Source: a virus (taxonomy: Duplodnaviria; Heunggongvirae; Uroviricota; Caudoviricetes). From it: 10,389 nucleotides of DNA. The stretch is taken from the IMG/VR virus record IMGVR_UViG_2711768019_000005. One strand, given 5' to 3'. The position numbers and the translations under genes are program-made. Each line of letters opens with the position of its first letter. Positions within the stretch are counted from its first letter, which is position 1. The notes below the pieces were generated by a model. That model searched no databases and was not told where the DNA came from. It was given only the letters and a program-made list of their open reading frames with translations. Of the stretch, positions 1 through 7,240 are shown piece after piece.

Positions 1-65
1 CTACGGCAGCAAGCCAGTAATGGGTTAAGTGATAACAGGTGTCTGGAAATATAGGGGCAAATCCA
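1..65 (+). mobile_element. IS2 right terminus (IRR), element body extends upstream of the window; bases 2-52 encode the InsD (orfB) C-terminus
   Basis: Bases 1-65 match the IS2 right end as I remember it and end in ...GGGGCAAATCCA at 65. Frame 2 reads RQQASNGLSDNRCLEI then TAG at 50-52, which matches the InsD C-terminus. The reading frame of the next gene starts abruptly at 66. Confidence 0.75.
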
Positions 66-173
66 GCGTTCATCAGCCCCCGCATTGCCGACAGGATCAC
101 AGACGGGGGGCGCAACTGGTTGTCGTTCAACTGGCCCAGCTACCGTTCTTGTATCAGAGGTGTGGCTGCATGA
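66..173 (+). pseudogene. 3' fragment of an upstream gene (probably the replication initiator or helicase loader) truncated by the IS2 insertion
   Basis: Open frame from the IS2 junction at 66 (…AFISPRIADRITDGGRNWLSFNWPSYRSCIRGVAA) ending at TGA 171-173, which overlaps the helicase ATG at 170 (ATGA coupling). No start codon or RBS of its own. Product identity is inferred from position only. Confidence 0.35.
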
Positions 174-1561
174 CAACACCAGTCTGGCGTAATGATGACC
201 TGGAAGGCGCTGTCATTGGCGCATTCTTTCTGCGTGGGGCAGATCATGAAGTGATGGATATTCTGATCACACTACCGGCGGACATTTTTTCTGTACGAGC
301 GTATCGGGATATCTACACAGGCATCTGCAGACAGGCCCGTGTTTCAGGAGTGATTGACCCCGTGCTGTTGTGTAATGAGATGCCGGAACTTGCCCCGGTG
401 ATTACTGATACCGGGCGTAAAACCTGGGTGAAGTCTTCACTGGAGCACTATGTTGCAGCGTTGCGGCGCAATGCCGCACTGCGCGATGCAGAAAAAACAC
501 TGAATGAGGCGCTGCAGAAATTACGTGATGCGCATACCTGTGAAGCAGCTGAAGATGCCCTGAAGGATGCGCAGAACATGATGGTCACACTGTCGACAGG
601 AAAGGGCGTCATTCAGCCGGTACATATTGATGATGTGCTTCCGGAAGTGGTTGAGCGTGTTGAATGCCGGAATCAGGGGCTGGAGAAATCCAGGACGTTG
701 ATGACCGGTATTGATGAACTGGACGCAAAAACAGGCGGTATGGAGCCCGGAGACCTGGTATTCATTGCCGCCCGTCCTTCGATGGGGAAAACCGAACTTG
801 CGCTGGACATCATCGACAAGGTGACTGAGCAGGGGCATGGTGTGCTTCTGTTCACCATGGAGATGGCGAACATCCAGATTGGTGAACGTATGGTGTCTGC
901 GGCTGGAGGGATGCCAGTATCACGCCTGAAATCTGTGGCTCACTTTGAAGATGAAGACTGGGCGCGTTTCTCACAAGGGGTGGGGCGGATGACCGGGCGC
1001 AATATCTGGATGGTGGACCAGGCGAACCTGACCATTGATGAGATATGCGCAACAACGAAACACCATCTGATTAAACATCCGGAAACGGCGCTGGTGGTGG
1101 TTGATTATCTCGGGCTGATAAAAACCCGAACCACGGGGCGTCATGACCTTGCCGTGGGTGAAATCTCAAAGGGGCTTAAAGGCCTGGCAAAATCCGGTGG
1201 TTTTCCGTTGATTGCGCTGAGCCAGCTCTCCCGCGGTGTGGAGTCCAGACCCAATAAACGTCCCATGAACTCAGACCTGAAAAATTCCGGAGAAATAGAG
1301 GCGGATGCAGACATCATTCTGATGCTTTACAGGGATGAAGTGTACAACCCGGATACACAGGCTACAGGCATAGCAGAAATTAATATCACGAAACAACGTA
1401 ACGGTTCTCTGGGGACGATTTACCGGCGTTTTTATAACGGACATTTTCTGCCTGTGGACCAGGAAAGCGCACAGGTTCTTTCCACCCCAATGCGGCAGCC
1501 CCAGCCGCGCAGATACAGCAATACACGTACCGACAGCAGTAAGATGGAGCGTTTCTTTTGA
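170..1561 (+). CDS. DnaB-family replicative DNA helicase (phage P22 gene 12-like)
   Basis: Track ORF 29..1561; the first in-frame ATG outside IS2 is at 170 (MTTPVWRNDDLEGAVIGAFF, a DnaB N-terminal-like segment). Walker A AARPSMGKT, Walker B VVVDYLGL, and a C-terminal SQLSRGVE…DADIILMLYRDEVYN motif are present. The track start at 29 is a GTG inside IS2. Confidence 0.9.
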   Translation: MTTPVWRNDDLEGAVIGAFFLRGADHEVMDILITLPADIFSVRAYRDIYTGICRQARVSGVIDPVLLCNEMPELAPVITDTGRKTWVKSSLEHYVAALRRNAALRDAEKTLNEALQKLRDAHTCEAAEDALKDAQNMMVTLSTGKGVIQPVHIDDVLPEVVERVECRNQGLEKSRTLMTGIDELDAKTGGMEPGDLVFIAARPSMGKTELALDIIDKVTEQGHGVLLFTMEMANIQIGERMVSAAGGMPVSRLKSVAHFEDEDWARFSQGVGRMTGRNIWMVDQANLTIDEICATTKHHLIKHPETALVVVDYLGLIKTRTTGRHDLAVGEISKGLKGLAKSGGFPLIALSQLSRGVESRPNKRPMNSDLKNSGEIEADADIILMLYRDEVYNPDTQATGIAEINITKQRNGSLGTIYRRFYNGHFLPVDQESAQVLSTPMRQPQPRRYSNTRTDSSKMERFF

Positions 1562-1572
1562 ACAACCAGACA

Positions 1573-1815
1573 ATGACTTTTACCTCTGAACAATTGCGTA
1601 AACACGCGCAGGAAATGTTGCGACAGGCGGAACAACTGGAAAAAACAGGTGTAACAAAAGATGCCATTCGTCGGGATATGGTGCCAGCGCTCAGGGAACT
1701 GATGCAGGCGAAACATCGCGCACAAAAAGCGGTGGATGAGCTCGTTGATTGTGTGGCAGAGCTGGAAACCAAAGTTGGAAAGTTTGAAAAAATGGTGCAG
1801 GAGGTGCTGCGCTGA
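1573..1815 (+). CDS. hypothetical small protein (nin-region, predicted coiled coil)
   Basis: Track ORF 1558..1815 starts with TTG; first ATG at 1573 (MTFTSEQLRK…). 80 aa, charged and helical-looking. Its stop TGA 1813-1815 overlaps the rusA ATG at 1815. No recognisable family. Confidence 0.5.
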   Translation: MTFTSEQLRKHAQEMLRQAEQLEKTGVTKDAIRRDMVPALRELMQAKHRAQKAVDELVDCVAELETKVGKFEKMVQEVLR

Positions 1816-2186
1816 TGCGCCATGAGTTTATTTTACCTTATCCGCCGACGGTGAATACTTACTGGCGACGTCGTGGCAGCACATATTTTGTATCAAAAGT
1901 TGGTGAGCGTTATCGCCGTGATGTGACGCTAATTGTTCGCCAGCAGCGGCTGAAATTAAACCTGTCCGGAAGGCTGGCGATAAAGATTATTGCAGAGCCA
2001 CCGGATAAGCGCCGTCGTGACCTGGACAATATCCTGAAAGCACCACTGGATGCGCTGACGCATGCCGGACTACTCATAGACGACGAGCAGTTTGATGAAA
2101 TCAATATTGTGCGCGGTCAGCTCGTTCCTGGTGGGCGACTGGGCGTGAAGATTTATGAAATCACAGGTGATAACGATGGCGCGTGA
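1815..2186 (+). CDS. rusA: RusA-family Holliday junction resolvase
   Basis: 123 aa with the RusA signature: [45 protein letters not shown], and [11 protein letters not shown], which parallels E. coli RusA (PDRRRRDLDN…DDAQV). Sits in the usual nin-region position upstream of Q. Confidence 0.9.
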   Translation: MRHEFILPYPPTVNTYWRRRGSTYFVSKVGERYRRDVTLIVRQQRLKLNLSGRLAIKIIAEPPDKRRRDLDNILKAPLDALTHAGLLIDDEQFDEINIVRGQLVPGGRLGVKIYEITGDNDGA

Positions 2187-2562
2187 TATTCAGCAGGTTA
2201 TGGAACGGTGGGGGGCTTGGGCTGCAAACACTCATGAAGATGTATCCTGGGCGTCGATCGCTGCTGGTTTTAAAGGGTTAATTCCGTCGAAAGTGAAATC
2301 ACGCCCTCAGTGTTCTGATGATGATGCAATGATAATTTGTGGCTGTATGGCCCGGTTGAACAAGAAAAATCAGGATTTGCACGATTTGCTGGTGGATTAT
2401 TACGTAGGTGGAATGACTTTTATGAGTCTGGCACGGAAACATGGGTGTTCGGATACCTGTATTGGCAAGCGCCTGCAGAAAGCGGAAGGGGTTATTGATG
2501 GCATGTTGATGATGCTTGATATCCGGCTGGAGATGGACAGATACGTAGAACGAATTATGTAG
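2176..2562 (+). CDS. late-gene antitermination protein Q (QuuD / phage 21-type Q family)
   Basis: Track ORF 2155..2562; the likely start is ATG 2176 ([18 protein letters not shown]…), overlapping the rusA stop as ATGGCGCGTGA. Cysteine motif [16 protein letters not shown] and resemblance to DLP12 QuuD as remembered. A late promoter follows 5 bp after the stop. The alternative start at 2155 is not excluded. Confidence 0.85.
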   Translation: MARDIQQVMERWGAWAANTHEDVSWASIAAGFKGLIPSKVKSRPQCSDDDAMIICGCMARLNKKNQDLHDLLVDYYVGGMTFMSLARKHGCSDTCIGKRLQKAEGVIDGMLMMLDIRLEMDRYVERIM

Positions 2563-2566
2563 GTGC

Positions 2567-2596
2567 TTGACCAGACACATTGTCCGGGGCTATATT
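2567..2596 (+). promoter_or_regulatory. candidate late promoter PR' (with overlapping Q-utilisation site)
   Basis: TTGACC at 2567-2572, a 17-18 nt spacer, then CTATAT/TATATT at 2590-2596, starting 5 bp after the Q stop. This is the same placement as lambda PR'. An inverted repeat cgccag-N6-ctggcg at 2604-2621 lies in the initial transcribed region. Confidence 0.5.
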
Positions 2597-2657
2597 CCTC
2601 ACGCGCCAGCAAAATCTGGCGTCGGGATTGGAACCCCGGATAGAGACCGCGACAGAC

Positions 2658-2682
2658 ACACGCCGCGAGCGTGTTTTTTATT
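2658..2682 (+). terminator. rho-independent terminator, candidate tR' ending a short PR' leader RNA
   Basis: Stem acacgc (2658-2663), loop cgcga, stem gcgtgt (2669-2674), followed by TTTTTTATT. About 55-80 nt downstream of the predicted PR' start. Confidence 0.55.
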
Positions 2683-2871
2683 GTCGTATGCACGCGCACA
2701 TCTGAATTATGGTGGGGCGCATGGGGGAGCTGAAAAGCTCGCCGGTCGGTTTCCCGGTAGTTCCAACCCTGTGCGTCTCACCACCCGATGATTGGAACCT
2801 GACGGTGTTGACAGTTTCAGGTTTGCAGTTTACATTTCCCCGCGGTGCTCAAAACACCTCGAAAGCGGTAT

Positions 2872-2899
2872 CCACACCCGATAGCCATGTGGTTTTTTT
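2872..2899 (+). terminator. second terminator-like hairpin with T7 run
   Basis: ccaca (2872-2876) pairs with tgtgg (2888-2892) around an 11-nt loop, followed by TTTTTTT at 2893-2899. Weaker than the first hairpin. Confidence 0.3.
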
Positions 2900-3042
2900 G
2901 TGTCCAGAATTCTTGGTTTATGACCGGGTGTGCGGCTAATACAATACCAGCAATGGAAATACGCCCGCCGACTTTCGACGGTTTTGAGCGCCCGGTCACC
3001 CTCTCAAAAGGGGTAAATCAAAATATTCGAAAGGACATGTCT

Positions 3043-3606
3043 ATGAATCGCACGTCTATTGAAAAACTCCCGTCACTTACGCATAACCATCTTCCTGTCA
3101 TGACAACAGAGCTGCTGGCTGATTTGTACGGAACAGAGCGCCAGCGTTTGACAAACAATTTCAATCGAAACAAAGAACGGTTTATAGAAGGTAAACATTT
3201 TTTCCTGATAGAAGGTGATGCGTTACGAGAGTTGAAGAACGAAAACTCTTTAAGAGTTTCTGTGAAAATTGCCCGTAACGTTCGCTCCCTCATCCTCTGG
3301 ACAGAACGTGGCGCAGCCCGTCACGCCAAAATGCTCGAAACCGATCAGGCGTGGGAAGTGTTCGAAAAACTGGAAGACTGTTATTTCAACCAGAAACAGC
3401 CACCAGCGGCACAAAACACATCTATCGAAAATGATGGATGCGCATTACTGAGCCACTTCGATAAACACGGTCAGGTTGAGTTCACGGAAAAGGTACCCGC
3501 CGATGCGATGGTATGTACTCTGGAACGGTTTAAATTTTATCTGGAGCAACACGGGTGGATCGTTGCCCGTAAAGAGCAACTGGTGGAGCGGTTGATGCGG
3601 TTTTAA
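3043..3606 (+). CDS. ORF6N-domain protein (KilA-N/Bro-N-related putative DNA-binding or antirepressor-like protein)
   Basis: Track ORF 2845..3606 starts with GTG; AAGGA at 3031-3035 precedes ATG 3037/3043 (MNRTSIEKLPSLTHNHLPVMTTELLADLYGTERQRLTNNFNRNKERFIEGKHFFL…), which resembles the ORF6N domain. Flanked by terminators at 2872-2899 and 3683-3707. Confidence 0.7.
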   Translation: MNRTSIEKLPSLTHNHLPVMTTELLADLYGTERQRLTNNFNRNKERFIEGKHFFLIEGDALRELKNENSLRVSVKIARNVRSLILWTERGAARHAKMLETDQAWEVFEKLEDCYFNQKQPPAAQNTSIENDGCALLSHFDKHGQVEFTEKVPADAMVCTLERFKFYLEQHGWIVARKEQLVERLMRF

Positions 3607-3682
3607 AAATTTTTTCCGAAAACTTTACGATCGTAAAAAGTTGAATATCCTGTTAAGAGTGGTTACTACGCCACACAGCTTA

Positions 3683-3707
3683 AACCCGCCGATGAGCGGG
3701 TTTTTTT
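3683..3707 (+). terminator. rho-independent terminator after the ORF6N gene
   Basis: cccgc (3685-3689), loop cgatga, gcggg (3696-3700), then TTTTTTT at 3701-3707. Confidence 0.7.
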
Positions 3708-3757
3708 ATACCTGAAAAACGGCACAGGACGTTAAACGTGCTGGTGGTCAGATGAGT

Positions 3758-3786
3758 TTGCAGATGTGATGACATATGGTTATTAT
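3758..3786 (+). promoter_or_regulatory. candidate sigma70 promoter for the tRNA cluster
   Basis: TTGCAG at 3758-3763, 17-nt spacer, TATTAT at 3781-3786, about 10 nt upstream of the first tRNA 5' end at 3796. Confidence 0.35.
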
Positions 3787-3795
3787 TCTGCCTCC

Positions 3796-3872
3796 GGCCC
3801 TTTAGCTCAGTTGGTCAGAGCGAGCGACTCATAATCGCCAGGTCGCTGGTTCAAGTCCAGCAAGGGCCACCA
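3796..3872 (+). tRNA. tRNA with anticodon CAU, ileX/ileZ-like (tRNA-Ile2 lysidine type; would be read as Met by anticodon alone)
   Basis: Manual cloverleaf: acceptor GGCCCTT/AAGGGCC, D-arm AGCTCAGTTGG, anticodon loop CTCATAA, T-arm GGTTCAAGTCC, encoded CCA. Close to E. coli ileX as remembered. Confidence 0.85.
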
Positions 3873-3873
3873 A

Positions 3874-3950
3874 CCACCACTAGCTCATCCGGATAGAGCA
3901 TCAACCTTCTAAGTTGACGGTGCGAGGTTCGAGTCCTCGGTGGTGGGCCA
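3874..3950 (+). tRNA. tRNA-Arg (anticodon UCU; reads AGA/AGG)
   Basis: Acceptor CCACCAC/GTGGTGG, D-arm TAGCTCATCCGGATAGAGC, anticodon loop CTTCTAA, T-arm CGAGG-TTCGAGT-CCTCG, discriminator G plus CCA. Begins 1 nt after the preceding tRNA. Confidence 0.85.
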
Positions 3951-3952
3951 GC

Positions 3953-4028
<76 letters not shown>

Positions 4029-4031
4029 TAT

Positions 4032-4106
<75 letters not shown>

Positions 4107-4723
4107 GCGAGATTTGAGACGAAGGTTGTTATTTGCACTGACACAATATTGTGTGGGAATGTCTGACTCCTTACCATCTCCTGTTCTGTGATGTTGTTTT
4201 GTTGCAGTTCCAGTGCTCTTTTTTCAGCACCAGAATGGTGCATTGTCGGTCAGGTTACGTAGTGAACCTCTGGCAGGGGACTGATGATTCATCATTCTGG
4301 TGTTGTAAATATCTCTTCGGACAACTTACAAAATATTCTAAGCAAACCCCGGGAACACACTCTTAACTGCCTTGGCTGGCGGTTTTTTGTACAGTGCTCG
4401 GTATGTGTGAGCTGGAAATCAGATTTTGCATGGACTGGAATCATGCTGTTATTTAGGGGCGAAGAACTGGCTTTTTCTTCCGCCTTCTCACCAGTAACGA
4501 TTAGAAAAATAATGAAATGCCCCCCTCCGGGGAGGAGGACCGTAGAAAAAAGGACCCGCCAGCAAAAACATTGGGGATGAACAGCTTTCGCTACTCAGAT
4601 TGCTGGCGGGTAAAGTTCCTCATGAATTAAGAATGCTACGCGATCTTTTTTAATGGAAATGAAAATTATTGTCAATTAGTCGTGCGTGTTTTTTCATACA
4701 ATATTGGTAAAGGTGATTCAGGA

Positions 4724-5250
4724 CAGTCATCGGTTCGTCTGAGAATGACGTGCAACTGCGCACGCGACACCCGGAGACAACGGCTGACTAAGCTTACTCC
4801 CCATCCCCGGGCAATAAGGGCGCGTGCGCTATCCACTTTTTTGCCCGTCCATATTCAACGGCTTCTTTGAGGAGTTCATTTTCCATCGTTTTCTTGCCGA
4901 GCAGGCGCTGGAGTTCTTTAATCTGCTTCATGGCGGCAGCAAGTTCAGAGGCAGGAACAACCTGTTCTCCGGCGGCGACAGCAGTAAGACTTCCTTCCTG
5001 GTATTGCTTACGCCAGAGAAATAACTGGCTGGCTGCTACACCATGTTGCCGGGCAACGAGGGAGACCGTCATCCCCGGTTCAAAGCTCTGCTGAACAATT
5101 GCGATCTTTTCCTGTGTGGTACGCCGTCTGCGTTTCTCCGGCCCTAAGACATCAATCATCTGTACTCCAATGACTAGTCTAAAAACTAGTATTAAGACTA
5201 TCACTTATTTAAGTGATACTGGTTGTCTGGAGATTCAGGGGGCCAGTCTA
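4724..5250 (-). mobile_element. IS2, internally truncated copy: intact left end (IRL at 5250), complete insC, first ~70 bp of insD, missing the rest of insD and IRR
   Basis: The reverse complement of 5160-5250 reads TAGACTGGCCCCCTGAATCTCCAGACAACCAGTATCACTTAAATAAGTGATAGTC…, the IS2 left terminus. IS2 homology continues through insC into insD and stops at 4724, where the sequence diverges from IS2. Confidence 0.85.
4794..5159 (-). CDS. insC: IS2 transposase OrfA (InsC)
   Basis: Track ORF 4794..5204 (-); the true start is the ATG at 5157-5159 ([56 protein letters not shown]…), which matches IS2 InsC (121 aa) as remembered. Confidence 0.9.
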
Positions 5251-5252
5251 GT

Positions 5253-5273
5253 AAGGCTGCGAGAGGTGAATAA
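5253..5273 (+). pseudogene. remnant of holin gene (phage 21 S21 pinholin-like), last 6 codons only
   Basis: Directly after the IS2 IRL, aag gct gcg aga ggt gaa taa encodes KAARGE-stop, the same as the S21 C-terminus (…REDRRKAARGE) as remembered. Its TAA overlaps the endolysin ATG (TAATG), as expected at an S-R junction. The rest of the holin gene is absent. Confidence 0.45.
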
Positions 5274-5770
5274 TGTCGCCATCATTACGCAAGGCTGTTG
5301 CAGTTGCTATTGGTGGCGGGGCTGTTGCTATAGCATCTGTGTTAATCACTGGCCCAGGTGGTAACGATGGTCTGGAAGGTGTCAGCTACATACCATACAA
5401 AGATATCATTGGTGTATGGACTGTATGTCACGGACACACCGGAAAAGACATCATGCTCGGTAAAACGTATACCGAAGCAGAATGCAAAGCCCTCCTGAAT
5501 AAAGACCTTGCCACTGTCGCCAGACAAATTAACCCGTACATCAAAGTCGATATACCGGAAACAACGCGCGGCGCTCTTTACTCGTTCGTTTACAACGTGG
5601 GCGCTGGCAATTTCAGAACATCGACGCTTCTTCGCAAAATAAACCAGGGCTATATCAAAGGCGCATGTGACCAGCTATGTCGCTGGACATATGCTGGCGG
5701 TAAGCAATGGAAAGGGCTGATGACCCGTCGTGAGATTGAGCGTGAAGTCTGTTTGTGGGGGCAGCAATGA
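5273..5770 (+). CDS. SAR endolysin (phage 21 R21 / DLP12 RrrD-like lysozyme, T4 lysozyme fold)
   Basis: 165 aa. N-terminal Gly/Ala-rich signal-anchor-release segment [20 protein letters not shown], then lysozyme motifs [10 protein letters not shown]…[11 protein letters not shown]…[17 protein letters not shown] lies 6 nt upstream of ATG 5273. Confidence 0.9.
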   Translation: MSPSLRKAVAVAIGGGAVAIASVLITGPGGNDGLEGVSYIPYKDIIGVWTVCHGHTGKDIMLGKTYTEAECKALLNKDLATVARQINPYIKVDIPETTRGALYSFVYNVGAGNFRTSTLLRKINQGYIKGACDQLCRWTYAGGKQWKGLMTRREIEREVCLWGQQ

Positions 5771-6231
5771 GCAGAGTCACCGCGATTATCTCCGCTCTGG
5801 TTATCTGCATCATCGTCCGCCTGTCATGGGCTGTTAATCATTACCGTGATAACGCCATTACCTACAAAGAGCAGCGCGACAAAAACGCAAGAGAACTGAA
5901 GCTGGCGAACGCAACCATTACTGACATGCAGCAGAGACAGCGTGATGTTAATGCACTCGATGCTAAATACACGAAGGAGTTAGCTGATGCGAAAGCTGAA
6001 AATGAAACTCTGCGCGCTGATGTTGCCGCTGGTCGTCGTCGGTTGCACATCAAAGCAGTCTGTCAGTCAGTGCGTGAAGCCACCACCGCCTCCGGCGTGG
6101 ATAATGCAACCAGCCCCCGACTGGCAGACACCGCTGAACGGGATTATTTCACCCTCAGAGAGCGGCTGATGACGATGCAGATGCAACTGGAAGGGGCACA
6201 GGAGTATATCCGCACTCAGTGCATTAAGTAG
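5767..6231 (+). CDS. Rz: Rz i-spanin
   Basis: Track ORF begins at GTG 5755; ATG 5767 overlaps the endolysin stop (ATGA). N-terminal transmembrane segment [14 protein letters not shown] followed by a charged coiled-coil periplasmic domain, about 154 aa. Confidence 0.85.
   Translation: MSRVTAIISALVICIIVRLSWAVNHYRDNAITYKEQRDKNARELKLANATITDMQQRQRDVNALDAKYTKELADAKAENETLRADVAAGRRRLHIKAVCQSVREATTASGVDNATSPRLADTAERDYFTLRERLMTMQMQLEGAQEYIRTQCIK
5987..6169 (+). CDS. Rz1: Rz1 o-spanin lipoprotein, embedded in the +1 frame of Rz
   Basis: [24 protein letters not shown]…: signal peptide with lipobox (VVGC) and a proline-rich mature region ([19 protein letters not shown]). AAGGAG at 5974-5979 lies 7 nt before ATG 5987. 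Fully nested within Rz. Confidence 0.75.
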   Translation: MRKLKMKLCALMLPLVVVGCTSKQSVSQCVKPPPPPAWIMQPAPDWQTPLNGIISPSESG

Positions 6232-6273
6232 CCTTTTTATCGTGGTAAACATTTCGCAGGGTATGAGGTATTT

Positions 6274-6624
6274 ATGCCATCACTAATCCCACGTGCCTGC
6301 CGTAAGCGTGGATGTGCAGGTACAACCACAGACAGTTCGGGTTACTGCGATAAACATCGCGGTGAAGGCTGGGTGCAGCACCAGCGCGGACTGAGCCGCC
6401 ACCAGCGTGGCTATGGCTCAAAATGGACGGTGATTCGTGCCCGTATTCTGAAGCGCGATAAAGGTCTGTGTCAGTTGTGTCTGCGTGTCGGTGTGGTGAG
6501 CGAGGCGAAAACCGTCGACCACATCATCCCGAAAGCGCATGGCGGAACAGACGCAGACAGCAACCTGCAGAGTCTGTGCTGGCCCTGCCATAAAGCGAAA
6601 ACAGCGCGCGAACGAATCCGGTGA
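6274..6624 (+). CDS. HNH endonuclease (terminase-associated)
   Basis: 116 aa with Cys-rich N-terminus and HNH motif DHIIPKAHGGTDADSNLQSLCWPCHKAKT. Located immediately upstream of the small terminase gene, as in HK97-like phages. Confidence 0.88.
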   Translation: MPSLIPRACRKRGCAGTTTDSSGYCDKHRGEGWVQHQRGLSRHQRGYGSKWTVIRARILKRDKGLCQLCLRVGVVSEAKTVDHIIPKAHGGTDADSNLQSLCWPCHKAKTARERIR

Positions 6625-6646
6625 TAATTATTCTCACTTGTAGGGA

Positions 6647-6707
6647 GGGGCGGGGCAAATCCCTGTGACCTGACGTCTTCCGGACTGCCCGCCCCATCGT
6701 TTTTTTA
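6647..6707 (+). terminator. GC-rich stem-loop with T-run; candidate terminator and/or cos-site region
   Basis: ggggcggg (6647-6654) pairs with cccgcccc (6688-6695) around a 33-nt loop, followed by atcgTTTTTTT (6700-6706). Lies in the HNH-to-small-terminase intergenic region, where the cos site sits in HK97-like phages. Confidence 0.4.
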
Positions 6708-6745
6708 TACCCGCGAAAAATGAAATTTAACCAGGAGTGCCGCAT

Positions 6746-7240
6746 ATGGCTGGAACGGCGGGGCGTTCCGGGCGTCGCCCCAAGCCAACGGCGCGCAAGG
6801 CGCTGGCCGGAAACCCCGGCAAGCGAGCCCTGAACAAAGATGAACCTGTTTTTACGCCCATCAAAGGTGTTGAGCCACCAGAGTGGTTCGCTGAAGAAGA
6901 TCTCCCTCTCGCCACGATCATGTGGCAACTGACAACCAAAGAACTCTGCGGTCAGGGCCTGCTGTGCGTGACTGACCTGGCGGTACTTGAGCGGTGGTGC
7001 GTGGCCTATGAGTTCTGGCGACGTGCCGTGAAAAATATTGCCATACAGGGCAACACCATCACCGGTGCAATGGGCGGCAGGGTCAAAAATCCGGAGCTGA
7101 CCGCCAAAAAAGAACAGGAGTCCGAGATGAGCAGCACGGGGGCAATGCTCGGACTCGACCCCAGCAGCCGCCAGCGTCTGATTGGCCTGGCGGGGCAGAA
7201 GAAAGCCACTAACCCGTTTCTGAAAATTATCGAATCATGA
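6746..7240 (+). CDS. terminase small subunit (P27 family)
   Basis: Track ORF starts at GTG 6737; ATG 6746 is preceded by AGGAG at 6733-6737. N-terminus [34 protein letters not shown] is typical of P27-family small terminases. Stop overlaps the large-subunit start. Confidence 0.85.
   Translation: MAGTAGRSGRRPKPTARKALAGNPGKRALNKDEPVFTPIKGVEPPEWFAEEDLPLATIMWQLTTKELCGQGLLCVTDLAVLERWCVAYEFWRRAVKNIAIQGNTITGAMGGRVKNPELTAKKEQESEMSSTGAMLGLDPSSRQRLIGLAGQKKATNPFLKIIES

Noticed and set aside
29-169. N-terminal 47-codon extension of the helicase ORF in the track (start at 29)
   Set aside because: It starts with a GTG inside the IS2 terminus and runs across the IS2 junction. The ATG at 170 is coupled to the stop of the upstream frame and begins the DnaB N-terminal domain.
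2709-2939. 76-aa + strand ORF in the Q to ORF6N intergenic region
   Set aside because: No RBS, lies in the PR' leader/terminator region, and the composition does not look protein-like.
2845-3036. 5' extension of the ORF6N gene in the track (GTG at 2845)
   Set aside because: No RBS, and the extension overlaps a terminator-like hairpin at 2872-2899. The ATG at 3037/3043 has an AAGGA RBS and begins the conserved domain.
4151-4580. Plus-strand ORFs 4151..4366 and 4284..4580 in the orphan segment
   Set aside because: Cys/Phe/Trp-rich low-complexity translations with no RBS and no family resemblance. I treat the segment as non-coding or a remnant.
4107-5272. Shiga toxin (stxAB) or other toxin cargo, expected by analogy with Q-tRNA-stx-lysis in Stx phages
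   Set aside because: No ORF with an A-subunit or B-subunit signature is present between the tRNAs and the endolysin. The interval holds only the orphan segment and the truncated IS2.
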